The position numbers and the translations under genes were made by a program. From contig JANPEF010000095.1 in the NCBI GenBank assembly GCA_031431875.1, positions 1-33,409 on the forward strand: a stretch of 33,409 nucleotides of DNA. Direction: 5' to 3'. This DNA comes from Candidatus Eiseniibacteriota bacterium. Its GTDB lineage: Bacteria > Eisenbacteria > RBG-16-71-46 > DASYSL01. The notes beneath the pieces were generated by a model that was given only the letters and a program-made list of their open reading frames with translations, did no database searches and was not told the origin of the DNA. Positions within the stretch are counted from its first letter, which is position 1, and each line of letters begins with the position of its first letter. This document shows, one piece after another, positions 22,856 to 31,191 of the stretch.

Positions 22856-23997
22856 GGCGTGACCTCCGAGTGCTCGGCGAGAGTCATCGTGGCGTCGAGC
22901 GGCTGCCCGGCGCGCTCGAGCGCAAGGCGCACGCGGTCGCCGACGCCGACACCGAAAATCGAGCGCTGCGCATCCTCGGCCGTGTTCACCGCCTCGTCGT
23001 TGACCCGGTAGATGATGTCCCCGACGCGCACACCGGCATCGGCAGCCGGGCTCTTCGCCTCGACGCGGCTGACGACCAGCCCGCCGGGCTTGGCGATGTT
23101 GAGGCGCGCGGCGAGGTACGGTGTGACCGGCTGCACCTGCAGCCCCGACCAGGCGAGGCGGATCCGGCCGTACTTGTCGATCTCCCTGAGGATGCGTTTC
23201 GCGGTCCCGATCGGGATGGCGAAGCCCATGCCCAGCGAACCGCCGCCGCGGGTGAAGATGAACGTATTGATCCCGATCACCTCGCCCAGCCCGTTGACCA
23301 GCGGTCCGCCTGAGTTGCCCGGATTGATCGCCGCGTCGGTCTGGATCATGTTCTTGTAGATGCCGCCCTCGGACACGCCGCCCTTGATGTCGCGCCGCGT
23401 TGCGCTGACCACGCCGACGGTGACCGACGGTGACGGGTCGTTGAGCAGGAAGCCGAACGGATTGCCGATCGCGATCGCCCACTCGCCGACGATCAAGTCG
23501 TCGGAGTTCCCGAGCCGCGCCACCGGCAGACGCGCCGCGGGCGCGTCGACGCGAAGCACGGCGAGGTCGTAGACGGCGCTCGCGCCTCGGAGCGTGGCCG
23601 GAAAGGTGCGTCCGTCGGGCAGCGTGACGCGGATCTCCTCGGCGCCGCGCACGACGTGCTCGTTGGTCAGGAGCGTTCCGTCGGCGGCGACGATCACGCC
23701 GGAGCCCAGCCCCGGCACATCCTGGCGGCTCTCGGCCTGCGGGTAGAAGCGCTCGAAGAACTCGTCGGGAAAGAACGAGAGGAACGGATTCTCGCGGACC
23801 ACGCTGGTGCGCGTCACCGAGATCGACACCACCGCCGGCATGACCTGCTCGGCCGCTCGCACGAGTGCGTTGCGCCGGGAACGGTCGATGTCCTGGTGCA
23901 CGCCGACAGGGTCCTTGGTCGTGGCGGCTCCGGCCGGCGGCGTGATGATGAGGAGCACAGCAACCACCAGAATCCTGACGCCTCGCGCCGGCATCAT
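22852..23997 (-). CDS. HtrA/DegP-family serine protease (S1C) with a single PDZ domain
   Basis: Signal peptide, GLGSG, TNEHVV (His), DLAVL (Asp), QTDAAINPGNSGGPL (Ser), C-terminal PDZ (SPAADAGVRVGDII). Confidence 0.94.
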   Translation of the reverse strand: MMPARGVRILVVAVLLIITPPAGAATTKDPVGVHQDIDRSRRNALVRAAEQVMPAVVSISVTRTSVVRENPFLSFFPDEFFERFYPQAESRQDVPGLGSGVIVAADGTLLTNEHVVRGAEEIRVTLPDGRTFPATLRGASAVYDLAVLRVDAPAARLPVARLGNSDDLIVGEWAIAIGNPFGFLLNDPSPSVTVGVVSATRRDIKGGVSEGGIYKNMIQTDAAINPGNSGGPLVNGLGEVIGINTFIFTRGGGSLGMGFAIPIGTAKRILREIDKYGRIRLAWSGLQVQPVTPYLAARLNIAKPGGLVVSRVEAKSPAADAGVRVGDIIYRVNDEAVNTAEDAQRSIFGVGVGDRVRLALERAGQPLDATMTLAEHSEVTP

Positions 23998-24794
23998 GCG
24001 ACCTCCCGTCCCCAGCCATCGACCACTTCGCCCAGCGGCGCGCAGTGCGCGGGATAGAGCACGCCCGCGAGCGTCAGGCCGTCCGCGGGCGCGGTAGGCC
24101 CGGCGAGGCGCCGATCGCACGCGGCGAGGACTGCGGCCATCGATCCCGCCTCGATCCGCCCGCGCTCGATCGCCACGGCAGTACCGACCAGGTTGCGTAC
24201 CATGTGATAGAGGAAACGGTTGGCGTGCACGCGGAAGATGACTCCTCGTTCCCACGGGGTGAACTCGAGCGCCCGAACGCGACACCGTCCGTGCGCCCCT
24301 GGCACCGTCTCGGGCGACTTGCCGGCGAACGACCGGAAGTCGTGTTCGCCGATCAGCGGCGCGAACGCCGCGGTCATCGCGACCGCATCGAGCCGGGCCC
24401 ACGGCCACCAGGCACGGCCCGCCCACGGCGCGCATGGGGCATCGAGCAACCGGTAGGCGTAGCGCCGCTCCACCGCCGAGTGCCGGGCGTGGAACGACGG
24501 TGGCATCACGGCGAGGCCGCGCACCGATACGTCCGCGGGCAGGAGGCCCGCCAGCGCACGCGCCAGGCGCGACAGCGGCACGTCGCTCGCGGTGCGGAAG
24601 TTCGCCACCTGTCCCTCGGCGTGCACACCCGTGTCGGTGCGACCCGCGACCGTGAGCAGCACGCGCTCGCGCAGCACGCGCGAGAGCACCGCCTCGAGTT
24701 CCTCCTGCACCGTGCGTACTTCGGGCCGCGCCTGCGACTGCCAGCCGTGGTAGCGCCCCCCGTCGTACTCGATCACCAGCCGAACGTTCCTCAT
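23994..24794 (-). CDS. truA: tRNA pseudouridine(38-40) synthase
   Basis: IEYDG..YHGWQ, AGRTDTGVHA (catalytic Asp), FHARHSA, HDFRSF, FLYHMVR, TAPADGL. Confidence 0.96.
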   Translation of the reverse strand: MRNVRLVIEYDGGRYHGWQSQARPEVRTVQEELEAVLSRVLRERVLLTVAGRTDTGVHAEGQVANFRTASDVPLSRLARALAGLLPADVSVRGLAVMPPSFHARHSAVERRYAYRLLDAPCAPWAGRAWWPWARLDAVAMTAAFAPLIGEHDFRSFAGKSPETVPGAHGRCRVRALEFTPWERGVIFRVHANRFLYHMVRNLVGTAVAIERGRIEAGSMAAVLAACDRRLAGPTAPADGLTLAGVLYPAHCAPLGEVVDGWGREVA

Positions 24795-25513
24795 CCGCCC
24801 CCGAGGCTCGCCGCGAGCAGCGGCAGCGCCACACCGGCGACGGCGAGCCCGCGGTCGCCGGCGTCCCAGCGCCGGACGACCGGTGGCGTCCGGGCGGCGG
24901 CGCCGAAATGGCGAGCCTCGAGCACGAACGCCAGGCGATCGGCGCGCCGCACGGCGGTCAGGACGAGCGGCACCGCGACGGCCGGCGCGGCCCACAGGCC
25001 CGGCGTGCGATCGACGCGCAGCGCGACGGTGCGCACGAGGCGGCGTCCCTCGGCGGCGATGAGCGGGCCGAAACGCAGCGCCACCATGGCCAGCACCGCG
25101 ATCGCGTCGCCACGGCGACCGAGCCAGCGCAGCGGGCCCGCGGCCAGGCCGTCGAGCGCGCTCCCGGCACGCGTCGTCGCGGCCAGCCCGCCGAACGCGA
25201 GCGCGGTCACGACCAGACGGGCTGCCGTCCAGGCACCAACGCGCAGCCCCTCGCTCCACGTGCCAACGCCGCCCAGAGGTCCGCGCGTCGACAGCGCGGC
25301 GGCGGCGACGTTGACGGTGAGGGCAAGCAGGCCGAGGACCAGCGCGGGGCCGATCATGCGGCGCAGCGCGTCCGCGCGTCCGGCGGCCAGCGTGCCGCCG
25401 GCGGCCAGCAAAACCAGCCCGGCGAGCAGCCACGGCGGTTGCGCCGCCGCCGCGGCGATCGCGAGGCCCAGCGCCCAGACGACGCGCGCGCCGAAGGCCC
25501 GCTCGCCGCTCAC
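24791..25513 (-). CDS. ECF transporter transmembrane component (EcfT/CbiQ-like)
   Basis: Several TM segments, ALRFGP..E, AVRRADRLAFVLEARHF resembling the EcfT coupling-helix motifs. Directly upstream of truA. Confidence 0.75.
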   Translation of the reverse strand: MSGERAFGARVVWALGLAIAAAAAQPPWLLAGLVLLAAGGTLAAGRADALRRMIGPALVLGLLALTVNVAAAALSTRGPLGGVGTWSEGLRVGAWTAARLVVTALAFGGLAATTRAGSALDGLAAGPLRWLGRRGDAIAVLAMVALRFGPLIAAEGRRLVRTVALRVDRTPGLWAAPAVAVPLVLTAVRRADRLAFVLEARHFGAAARTPPVVRRWDAGDRGLAVAGVALPLLAASLGGG

Positions 25514-26532
25514 GACGCCGTTGGAACGCCGGCGCGGCGCGCCAGCGCCTCGGCGATCTGCACCGCATTGAGCGCGGCGCCCTTGCGCAGGTTGTCGCAG
25601 GCGATGAACAGGAGCAGGCCGCGCTCGTGCGACGGATCGCGCCGGATGCGGCCGACCAGCGCCTCGTCGCGGCCGGCGGCGAGCAGCGGCGTCGGGTAGC
25701 GATGGAGCAGTGGCTCGTCGACCACGGCGACGCCGGGCGCGCGGGCGAGGATTGCTCGCGCCTCGGCGGGATCCGGCCGGCGCGTGAACTCGAGGGCCAC
25801 CGCCTCGGAATGCGCCACGCGCACGGGGACGCGCACGGTCGTTGCGGCGAGACGCAGCTCGGGCAGCCCGAGGATCTTCCGCGACTCCCACAGCAGTTTC
25901 ATCTCCTCGCGGCACGAGCCGTCGGGCAACGCATCGTCGACGTGCGGCAGCACGTTGAAGGCGATCGGGTGCGGGTAGATGCGCGCCTCGGCAGGCCGGG
26001 CCGCGCGGTCGGCATCGACCTGCGCATCGAGCTCGTCGAGGGCTTCGGCACCGGTGCCCGAGACGGACTGGTAGGTCGAGACGATCACGCGCTCGAGCCC
26101 GTACGCTGCATGCAGCGGGGCCAGGGCGAGCACGAGCTGGATCGTCGAGCAGTTGGGATTGGCGATCAGACCGGGATGTCCGGCGAGCGCCTCCGGATTC
26201 ACCTCGGGGACGACCAGCGGCACGTCGTCGGCGAGGCGGAACGCCTGCGAGTTGTCGATCACGGTCGCGCCCGCGGCGCGGGCGATCGGGGCCCACGCCC
26301 GTGACGCGTCGGCACCGGCAGAGAAGAGCGCAAGGTCGATGTCGCAGAACGAGTCGGGCGCCGCCTCGCGGACCTCGAGGGACGCGCCGCGGAACGGCAC
26401 GCGACGTCCGGCCGAGCGTTGCGTGGAGAGCAGGACGAGTTCGGCGAGCGGGTAGGCGCGCTCTTCGAGCACGCGCACCATCGTGCCCCCGACGGCTCCG
26501 GTGGCTCCGAGGATGGCGACACGTTGGGTCAA
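25510..26532 (-). CDS. asd: Aspartate-semialdehyde dehydrogenase
   Basis: ILGATGAVG, LVVPEVN, NPNCST (catalytic Cys), YQSVSGTG, RVPV..HSE, DNLRKGAALNAVQIAE. TTG start with GGAG RBS overlaps the lnt TGA. Confidence 0.96.
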   Translation of the reverse strand: MTQRVAILGATGAVGGTMVRVLEERAYPLAELVLLSTQRSAGRRVPFRGASLEVREAAPDSFCDIDLALFSAGADASRAWAPIARAAGATVIDNSQAFRLADDVPLVVPEVNPEALAGHPGLIANPNCSTIQLVLALAPLHAAYGLERVIVSTYQSVSGTGAEALDELDAQVDADRAARPAEARIYPHPIAFNVLPHVDDALPDGSCREEMKLLWESRKILGLPELRLAATTVRVPVRVAHSEAVALEFTRRPDPAEARAILARAPGVAVVDEPLLHRYPTPLLAAGRDEALVGRIRRDPSHERGLLLFIACDNLRKGAALNAVQIAEALARRAGVPTAS

Positions 26533-28151
26533 CGGGGTCTCCGACGGAACGGGGCTCGGGCGGGCGACGTCCGCAGTGTATCCGCCGATCCCGACGCGGT
26601 CAACCGAGGCCGCGCCAATGCGGCGGCGACGAGCGCGCCGAGGGCCAGCAGGGCGATCACCGGACCGAGAACATCGCCGGTGCGCGTGAAGGGCGTGCGG
26701 TTGCGCGGCCGCCCGGCCAGCGGCGCGACCACGACGTGGTCGGCAAACACGGGTCCGGGATCGACCACGCGGCCGTACGGATCGACGAAGAACGACAGCC
26801 CGGTGTTTGCCACCCGGGCCATCGGCACGCCGAGCTCGACCGCGCGGAAGACCGCCATCGCGGCGTGTTGCTGCAGCGCGGCGCTCTCGCCGAACCATTC
26901 GTCGTTCGTGATGTTGACCAGCCACGTGGCCCCGCGCAGGACCTGCTGGCGCGCGGGATCGGTGAAGATCGCCTCGAAACAGACGAGCACGCCGGCCGGC
27001 CCCAGCGGGGTCGGCAGCGGCGCGGGGTCGGTGCCGGCGGTCCACTCAGCCTGGCCCATGTCGAACTTGCCGAGGACCGGCAGCAGCGACTGGAACGGCA
27101 TGCGCTCGCCGAACGGCACGAGATGGATCTTTGCATACTGCGGCCCGAGGCCGGTCCCCGGCCAGAACACGCCGGCCGCGTTCCACGAGCGGTAGCGCGT
27201 GGCGTCGATGAACTGGTAGTCGGGATAACCCGCGAGCACCGCGACGTCCGTGGAGTCCACCCAGTCCTGGAGGCGCACGCGGCGCACCAGGTTCTGCCGC
27301 AGGTAGCTGCCGGTCGAGGTCTCGGGCCACAGGATGAAGCGGGCTCCGCGATCGACCGCTGTCTGCGACAGGAGCAGGAACTTGCCGAGCACCTGCTCCT
27401 CGGCCTTGCCGCTCCACTTGACCGCGCCCGGGACGTTTCCCTGCACCAGCGCCACCGGCGGGCCCGTGCGCTCGAGCGGCGGAATGCCGGGCCCGAGCCC
27501 GACGAACGGTGCGATGACGACGAGCGCGAGCGCAGCGAGCGTGAGTCGAAGTTCACGCCCGACACCCGACCGCCGTGCCGCAAGCACTGCCAGGACCAAC
27601 CCATTCACCAGCGCCACCCACGCGCCGACGGCGCTGACGCCGCCGAGGGCTGCCAGTTGCAGCACCGGGAGCACGCCGACCTGGCTGTAGCCCAGGTGGA
27701 GCCACGGAAAGCCCAGTTCGCCCTGTGCGCGCAGCCACTCGGCGGCGAGCCAGAACAGCGGCCAGCCCACGGCGACCGGGAGACCCAGTCGCCGTCGTGC
27801 GAACGCCGACGCGGCCCCGGCCAGCGCGGGATAGAGCGCGAGGTACAGGGCCGCCACGACCCACGACGGGTACATGATCCATGCGACGGTGACGGCGACC
27901 TTGGAGAGGAGCGCGATCCAGTGCAGGCCGGCGAGGAAGAACACGAAGCCGGTGGCGTAGCCGAAACGGAAGCCCTGGCCGGTCGTGCGCGGCGCGTCGT
28001 CCTTGTCGCCGGCGAGCCACAGGCCGCCGGGCACGAGGCCGATCCACGCGAGCGGGGCGAGACCCGCAGGCGGAAAGGCGAGCCCCAGGGCGGCGCCCCC
28101 GGCCAGCACCGCGATCCAGGCGCCGCGGCGCCGCGAGCCCGGCGTCGTCAC
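26529..28151 (-). CDS. lnt: Apolipoprotein N-acyltransferase
   Basis: TM N-terminal region, GFPWLHLGYSQ, VQGNV, WPET (Glu), KIHLVPFGE (Lys), VCFE (Cys), NITNDEWF, ANTGLS. Confidence 0.95.
   Translation of the reverse strand: MTTPGSRRRGAWIAVLAGGAALGLAFPPAGLAPLAWIGLVPGGLWLAGDKDDAPRTTGQGFRFGYATGFVFFLAGLHWIALLSKVAVTVAWIMYPSWVVAALYLALYPALAGAASAFARRRLGLPVAVGWPLFWLAAEWLRAQGELGFPWLHLGYSQVGVLPVLQLAALGGVSAVGAWVALVNGLVLAVLAARRSGVGRELRLTLAALALVVIAPFVGLGPGIPPLERTGPPVALVQGNVPGAVKWSGKAEEQVLGKFLLLSQTAVDRGARFILWPETSTGSYLRQNLVRRVRLQDWVDSTDVAVLAGYPDYQFIDATRYRSWNAAGVFWPGTGLGPQYAKIHLVPFGERMPFQSLLPVLGKFDMGQAEWTAGTDPAPLPTPLGPAGVLVCFEAIFTDPARQQVLRGATWLVNITNDEWFGESAALQQHAAMAVFRAVELGVPMARVANTGLSFFVDPYGRVVDPGPVFADHVVVAPLAGRPRNRTPFTRTGDVLGPVIALLALGALVAAALARPRLTASGSADTLRTSPARAPFRRRPR
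26575..26603 (-). promoter_or_regulatory. Sigma70-type promoter inside the lnt 3' end, upstream of asd
   Basis: Minus strand TTGACC-N17-TACACT; the -10 ends 42 nt before the asd start. Confidence 0.65.
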
Positions 28152-29173
28152 GCGGAGGTGAGGCGGACCTCGCGGCCCTGCTCGGCCGAGCGGTAGATCG
28201 CGTCGATGATCCGCATGACCTCGAGCACCTCGCGCGCCGTCGCGATCGCGGGCGCGGCCTGGCCTTTGCGCACCGAGTCGGCGAAGGACTCGATCTGGGC
28301 CTCGATCGACTGCTTGTAGACATTGCGCGGCGAGTCGACCGTCGGTGTCACGTTGACCAGGCTGCCGTGCATCCCCTTGTGGATGCGTAGCGGGTTCCAC
28401 AGCGCTGCACCGCTTTGCCCGAAGAGGTTCACGTAGGCGAAGTCCTTCTCCATGAGCAGGCCCCAGGTGACCTCGAGATTGAGCACGCAGCCGCCAGCGA
28501 GACGCACCAGCGCCACGACCGAGTCCTCCACTTCGGCCTTGCCGGCGCGATGCGCCGAGGCCGACACCGACTCCACCTTGGGATGACCGAGGATGTGCAG
28601 CGTGAGGTCGAGCATCTGGACGCCGAGGTCGAGCAGCACGCCGCCGCCGGAGACCTGCTTCTGCTGGCGCCACTCCTCGGTCCGCCAGTCGGTGCGCTGG
28701 CGCAGCCAGCCGGACTTGGCGTAGAAGACGTCACCCAGCTCGCCGCGGTCGACGAACTTCTTGAGGATGCGCGTGTCCTCGCGGAAGCGATGCGCCAGCG
28801 CGCAGGCAAGCACGCACTCGGCCTTGTCCGCGGCCTTGACCATCTTCTCGGCCTCGGCGGCGTTGCGCGCGATCGGACGCTCGACCAGCACGTGCTTGCC
28901 GCTCTCGAGCGCGGCGATGGCCAGCGGCGCGTGCAGGAAGTTCGGCGTGCAGATGTCGACGATGTCGATCTCGGGATCGGCAAGGATGGCGTCGAAATCG
29001 GTCGTCGCCGTCGGCACACCCGCGCGCTGGGCCACGCGCTGCGCCTTCTCGAGGTCGCGATCGCACAGGGCTACGAGTTCGACTCCCTCGAGCTTCTTCC
29101 ACGCCGGGATGTGACTCACCTGTCCGGCCACGCCGACGCCGACCAGCGCCGCCCTGAGAATCTTCTTCGCCAC
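28148..29173 (-). CDS. Gfo/Idh/MocA family NAD(P)-dependent oxidoreductase
   Basis: VGVGVAG, ICTPNFLH, GKHVLVERP, SGGGVLLDLGVQMLD. GGAGG RBS before GTG. Confidence 0.9.
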   Translation of the reverse strand: MAKKILRAALVGVGVAGQVSHIPAWKKLEGVELVALCDRDLEKAQRVAQRAGVPTATTDFDAILADPEIDIVDICTPNFLHAPLAIAALESGKHVLVERPIARNAAEAEKMVKAADKAECVLACALAHRFREDTRILKKFVDRGELGDVFYAKSGWLRQRTDWRTEEWRQQKQVSGGGVLLDLGVQMLDLTLHILGHPKVESVSASAHRAGKAEVEDSVVALVRLAGGCVLNLEVTWGLLMEKDFAYVNLFGQSGAALWNPLRIHKGMHGSLVNVTPTVDSPRNVYKQSIEAQIESFADSVRKGQAAPAIATAREVLEVMRIIDAIYRSAEQGREVRLTSA

Positions 29174-29200
29174 GCCGTTCCTCCCGGGCCGCGGCCCCGT

Positions 29201-30139
29201 CTAGGGAACCGTCCCGCGCTTGAGTTTCTTCCACAGTCCCTGGCGCGACAGGCCGAGCAAGCGGGCCGCCGCACCCGGGGCGCCGTGCGTCACCGCGAGC
29301 GCCTCCTCGATCCGTCGCCGCTCGAGGGCCGCGCACTCGGCCGCGAGCGTGCGCACCAGGGCATTGCCGGACGCATCCATTCCCGGCGCACACACGCGCG
29401 GCGGCAGCGCGTCGACACCGATCGTTCCGTCAGCGGCGGCAAACAGCGCGGCTCGGGCGACGGCCGACTCGAGCTCACGCACGTTGCCGGGCCACGCATG
29501 GTGCTGCAGCGTGCGCATGGCGACGGCGTCGAAGCGGGCGTCGGGAGCGACGCGCGCCAAGGTCGCGCGCGCGAGCCGGCAAACATCGGATCCGCGCGCA
29601 CGCAACGGCGGGAGAGTCACCTCGATCGCGGCCAGACGGTACCACAAGTCGTCGCGGAAGCGACCCTCGACGGCGTCACGCGCGAGGTCTTTGTGCGTCG
29701 CGGCGAGCACGCGCACGTCGGCCACGCGCTCGCAGGCCTCGCCCAGCCGGCGATAGCGGCCCTCAGCGAGCAGGCGCAGCAGCCGCGCCTGGAATGCCGG
29801 CGATGCGTCGCCGATCTCGTCAAGGAACAGCGTGCCGCCGGCCGCCTCGGCGACGAGTCCGCCCCGGGCGGCGAGCGCCCCGGTGAACGCGCCGCGGGCG
29901 TGGCCGAACAATTCCGCCTCGAGCAGCCCATCGGGGAACGCACCGCAGTTGAGCGCGACGAACGGGCCGCTGCGTCCGGAACGCCCATGCACCGCGTGCG
30001 CCGCGCGCTCCTTGCCGGTGCCGGTCTCCCCCAGCACGAGGATGGGGAGTCGGGTCGGCGCCGCCCGTGCCAGCAGGCGGCAGGCGGCGAGGAACGCGGG
30101 CGAAACGCCCACGCCAAAGTCCGCATACGAATCGTGCAT
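29201..30139 (-). CDS. Sigma54-dependent enhancer-binding protein (AAA+ plus Fis-type HTH) with no N-terminal sensor domain
   Basis: GETGTGKE, ELFGHARGAFTGA, LFLDEIGD, FRDDLWYRL, WPGNVREL, HTH AARLLGLSRQGLWKKLK. purM ends 32 nt upstream, leaving no room for a regulatory domain. Confidence 0.88.
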   Translation of the reverse strand: MHDSYADFGVGVSPAFLAACRLLARAAPTRLPILVLGETGTGKERAAHAVHGRSGRSGPFVALNCGAFPDGLLEAELFGHARGAFTGALAARGGLVAEAAGGTLFLDEIGDASPAFQARLLRLLAEGRYRRLGEACERVADVRVLAATHKDLARDAVEGRFRDDLWYRLAAIEVTLPPLRARGSDVCRLARATLARVAPDARFDAVAMRTLQHHAWPGNVRELESAVARAALFAAADGTIGVDALPPRVCAPGMDASGNALVRTLAAECAALERRRIEEALAVTHGAPGAAARLLGLSRQGLWKKLKRGTVP

Positions 30140-30171
30140 GCACCGCACCGCGGGGGCGATGTCCGGAAAGC

Positions 30172-31191
30172 CTAGACCAGAACGACCTCGCGGGGCCCGG
30201 CCTCGATCGACCCGAGGCGCCAGGGGCGCTCGCCGCGCGTCTCGAGTTCGGCCCGCACTGCGGTTGCCTCGTCCGGCGCGACGATCAACACCATCCCGAC
30301 CCCGAGGTTCATCACCCGCTCCATCTCGTCGCCGGGCACCTCCCCGAGTTCCTGCAGCGCGCGGAACACCGGCGGCCACGTCCAGCTGCCGCGCTCGACC
30401 CGGGCCCGCACCCCCGCGGGCAGCGCGCGCACCAGGTTCCCCGCCAACCCCCCGCCGGTGACATGGGCGAGGCCGTGCAGTGCGCGGCGATCGAGCAGGG
30501 GCCCGAGCACCGAGAGGTACGAGCGGTGGGGTGCGAGCAGCAGGTCGGCGAGCGTGCCATCGGCGCCCGGAAGTGAATCGTCCCAGGTCAGGCCGGCGCG
30601 GGCGACGATGCGCCGGGCCAGCGAGTAGCCATTGGTGTGCAAGCCGAGCGACGGCAGCGCCCACAACTCGTCGCCGGGCCGGATCGCCGTGCCGTCGAGC
30701 ACGCGATCGCGCGCCACGAAACCGACGATCGTGCCGGCGAGGTCGTAGTCACCCGGCGAATACAGGTCGGGCATCTCGGCGGTCTCGCCGCCGAGCAGCG
30801 CGACGCCGTCGGCGCGGCAGGCCTCGGCGATGCCGCGCACGCTTTCCTCGAGCACGATCGGCTCGAGCGCGCCGCAAGCAAAGTAGTCGAGAAAGAACAG
30901 CGGCCGCGCACCGAGCACGAGGATGTCGTTGACGCAGTGGCGCACGAGGTCCCCCGCCGCGCCAGCCCAGCGCCGCGTATCGCGCGCAATCAGGATCTTC
31001 GTGCCCACGCCGTCGGTGCTGGCTGCGATCAGCGGCGCGTCCGGCCCCGCGCCCGGAAGCTCGCACAGGCCGGCGAAGTGACCAACGTCGCCTTTCACGT
31101 GCGGCGTGAAGGTCGAGCGGATGACGGCCTTGAGCCCCGACAAAGTGGCGTCGGCCTTGGCGATGTCGACGCCGGCGTCGCGGTAACGCAT
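30172..31191 (-). CDS. purM: Phosphoribosylformylglycinamidine cyclo-ligase (AIR synthetase)
   Basis: YRDAGVD, TDGVGTK, VNDIL..GARPLFFLDY, GGETAEMP, GLHTNGYSL, AHVTGGG, NLGVGM. Confidence 0.97.
   Translation of the reverse strand: MRYRDAGVDIAKADATLSGLKAVIRSTFTPHVKGDVGHFAGLCELPGAGPDAPLIAASTDGVGTKILIARDTRRWAGAAGDLVRHCVNDILVLGARPLFFLDYFACGALEPIVLEESVRGIAEACRADGVALLGGETAEMPDLYSPGDYDLAGTIVGFVARDRVLDGTAIRPGDELWALPSLGLHTNGYSLARRIVARAGLTWDDSLPGADGTLADLLLAPHRSYLSVLGPLLDRRALHGLAHVTGGGLAGNLVRALPAGVRARVERGSWTWPPVFRALQELGEVPGDEMERVMNLGVGMVLIVAPDEATAVRAELETRGERPWRLGSIEAGPREVVLV

Noticed and set aside
22852..23997. HtrA protease as the processing enzyme for the Trp-repeat peptide
   Set aside because: It is about 9 kb away among housekeeping genes, and nothing in the sequence links the two.
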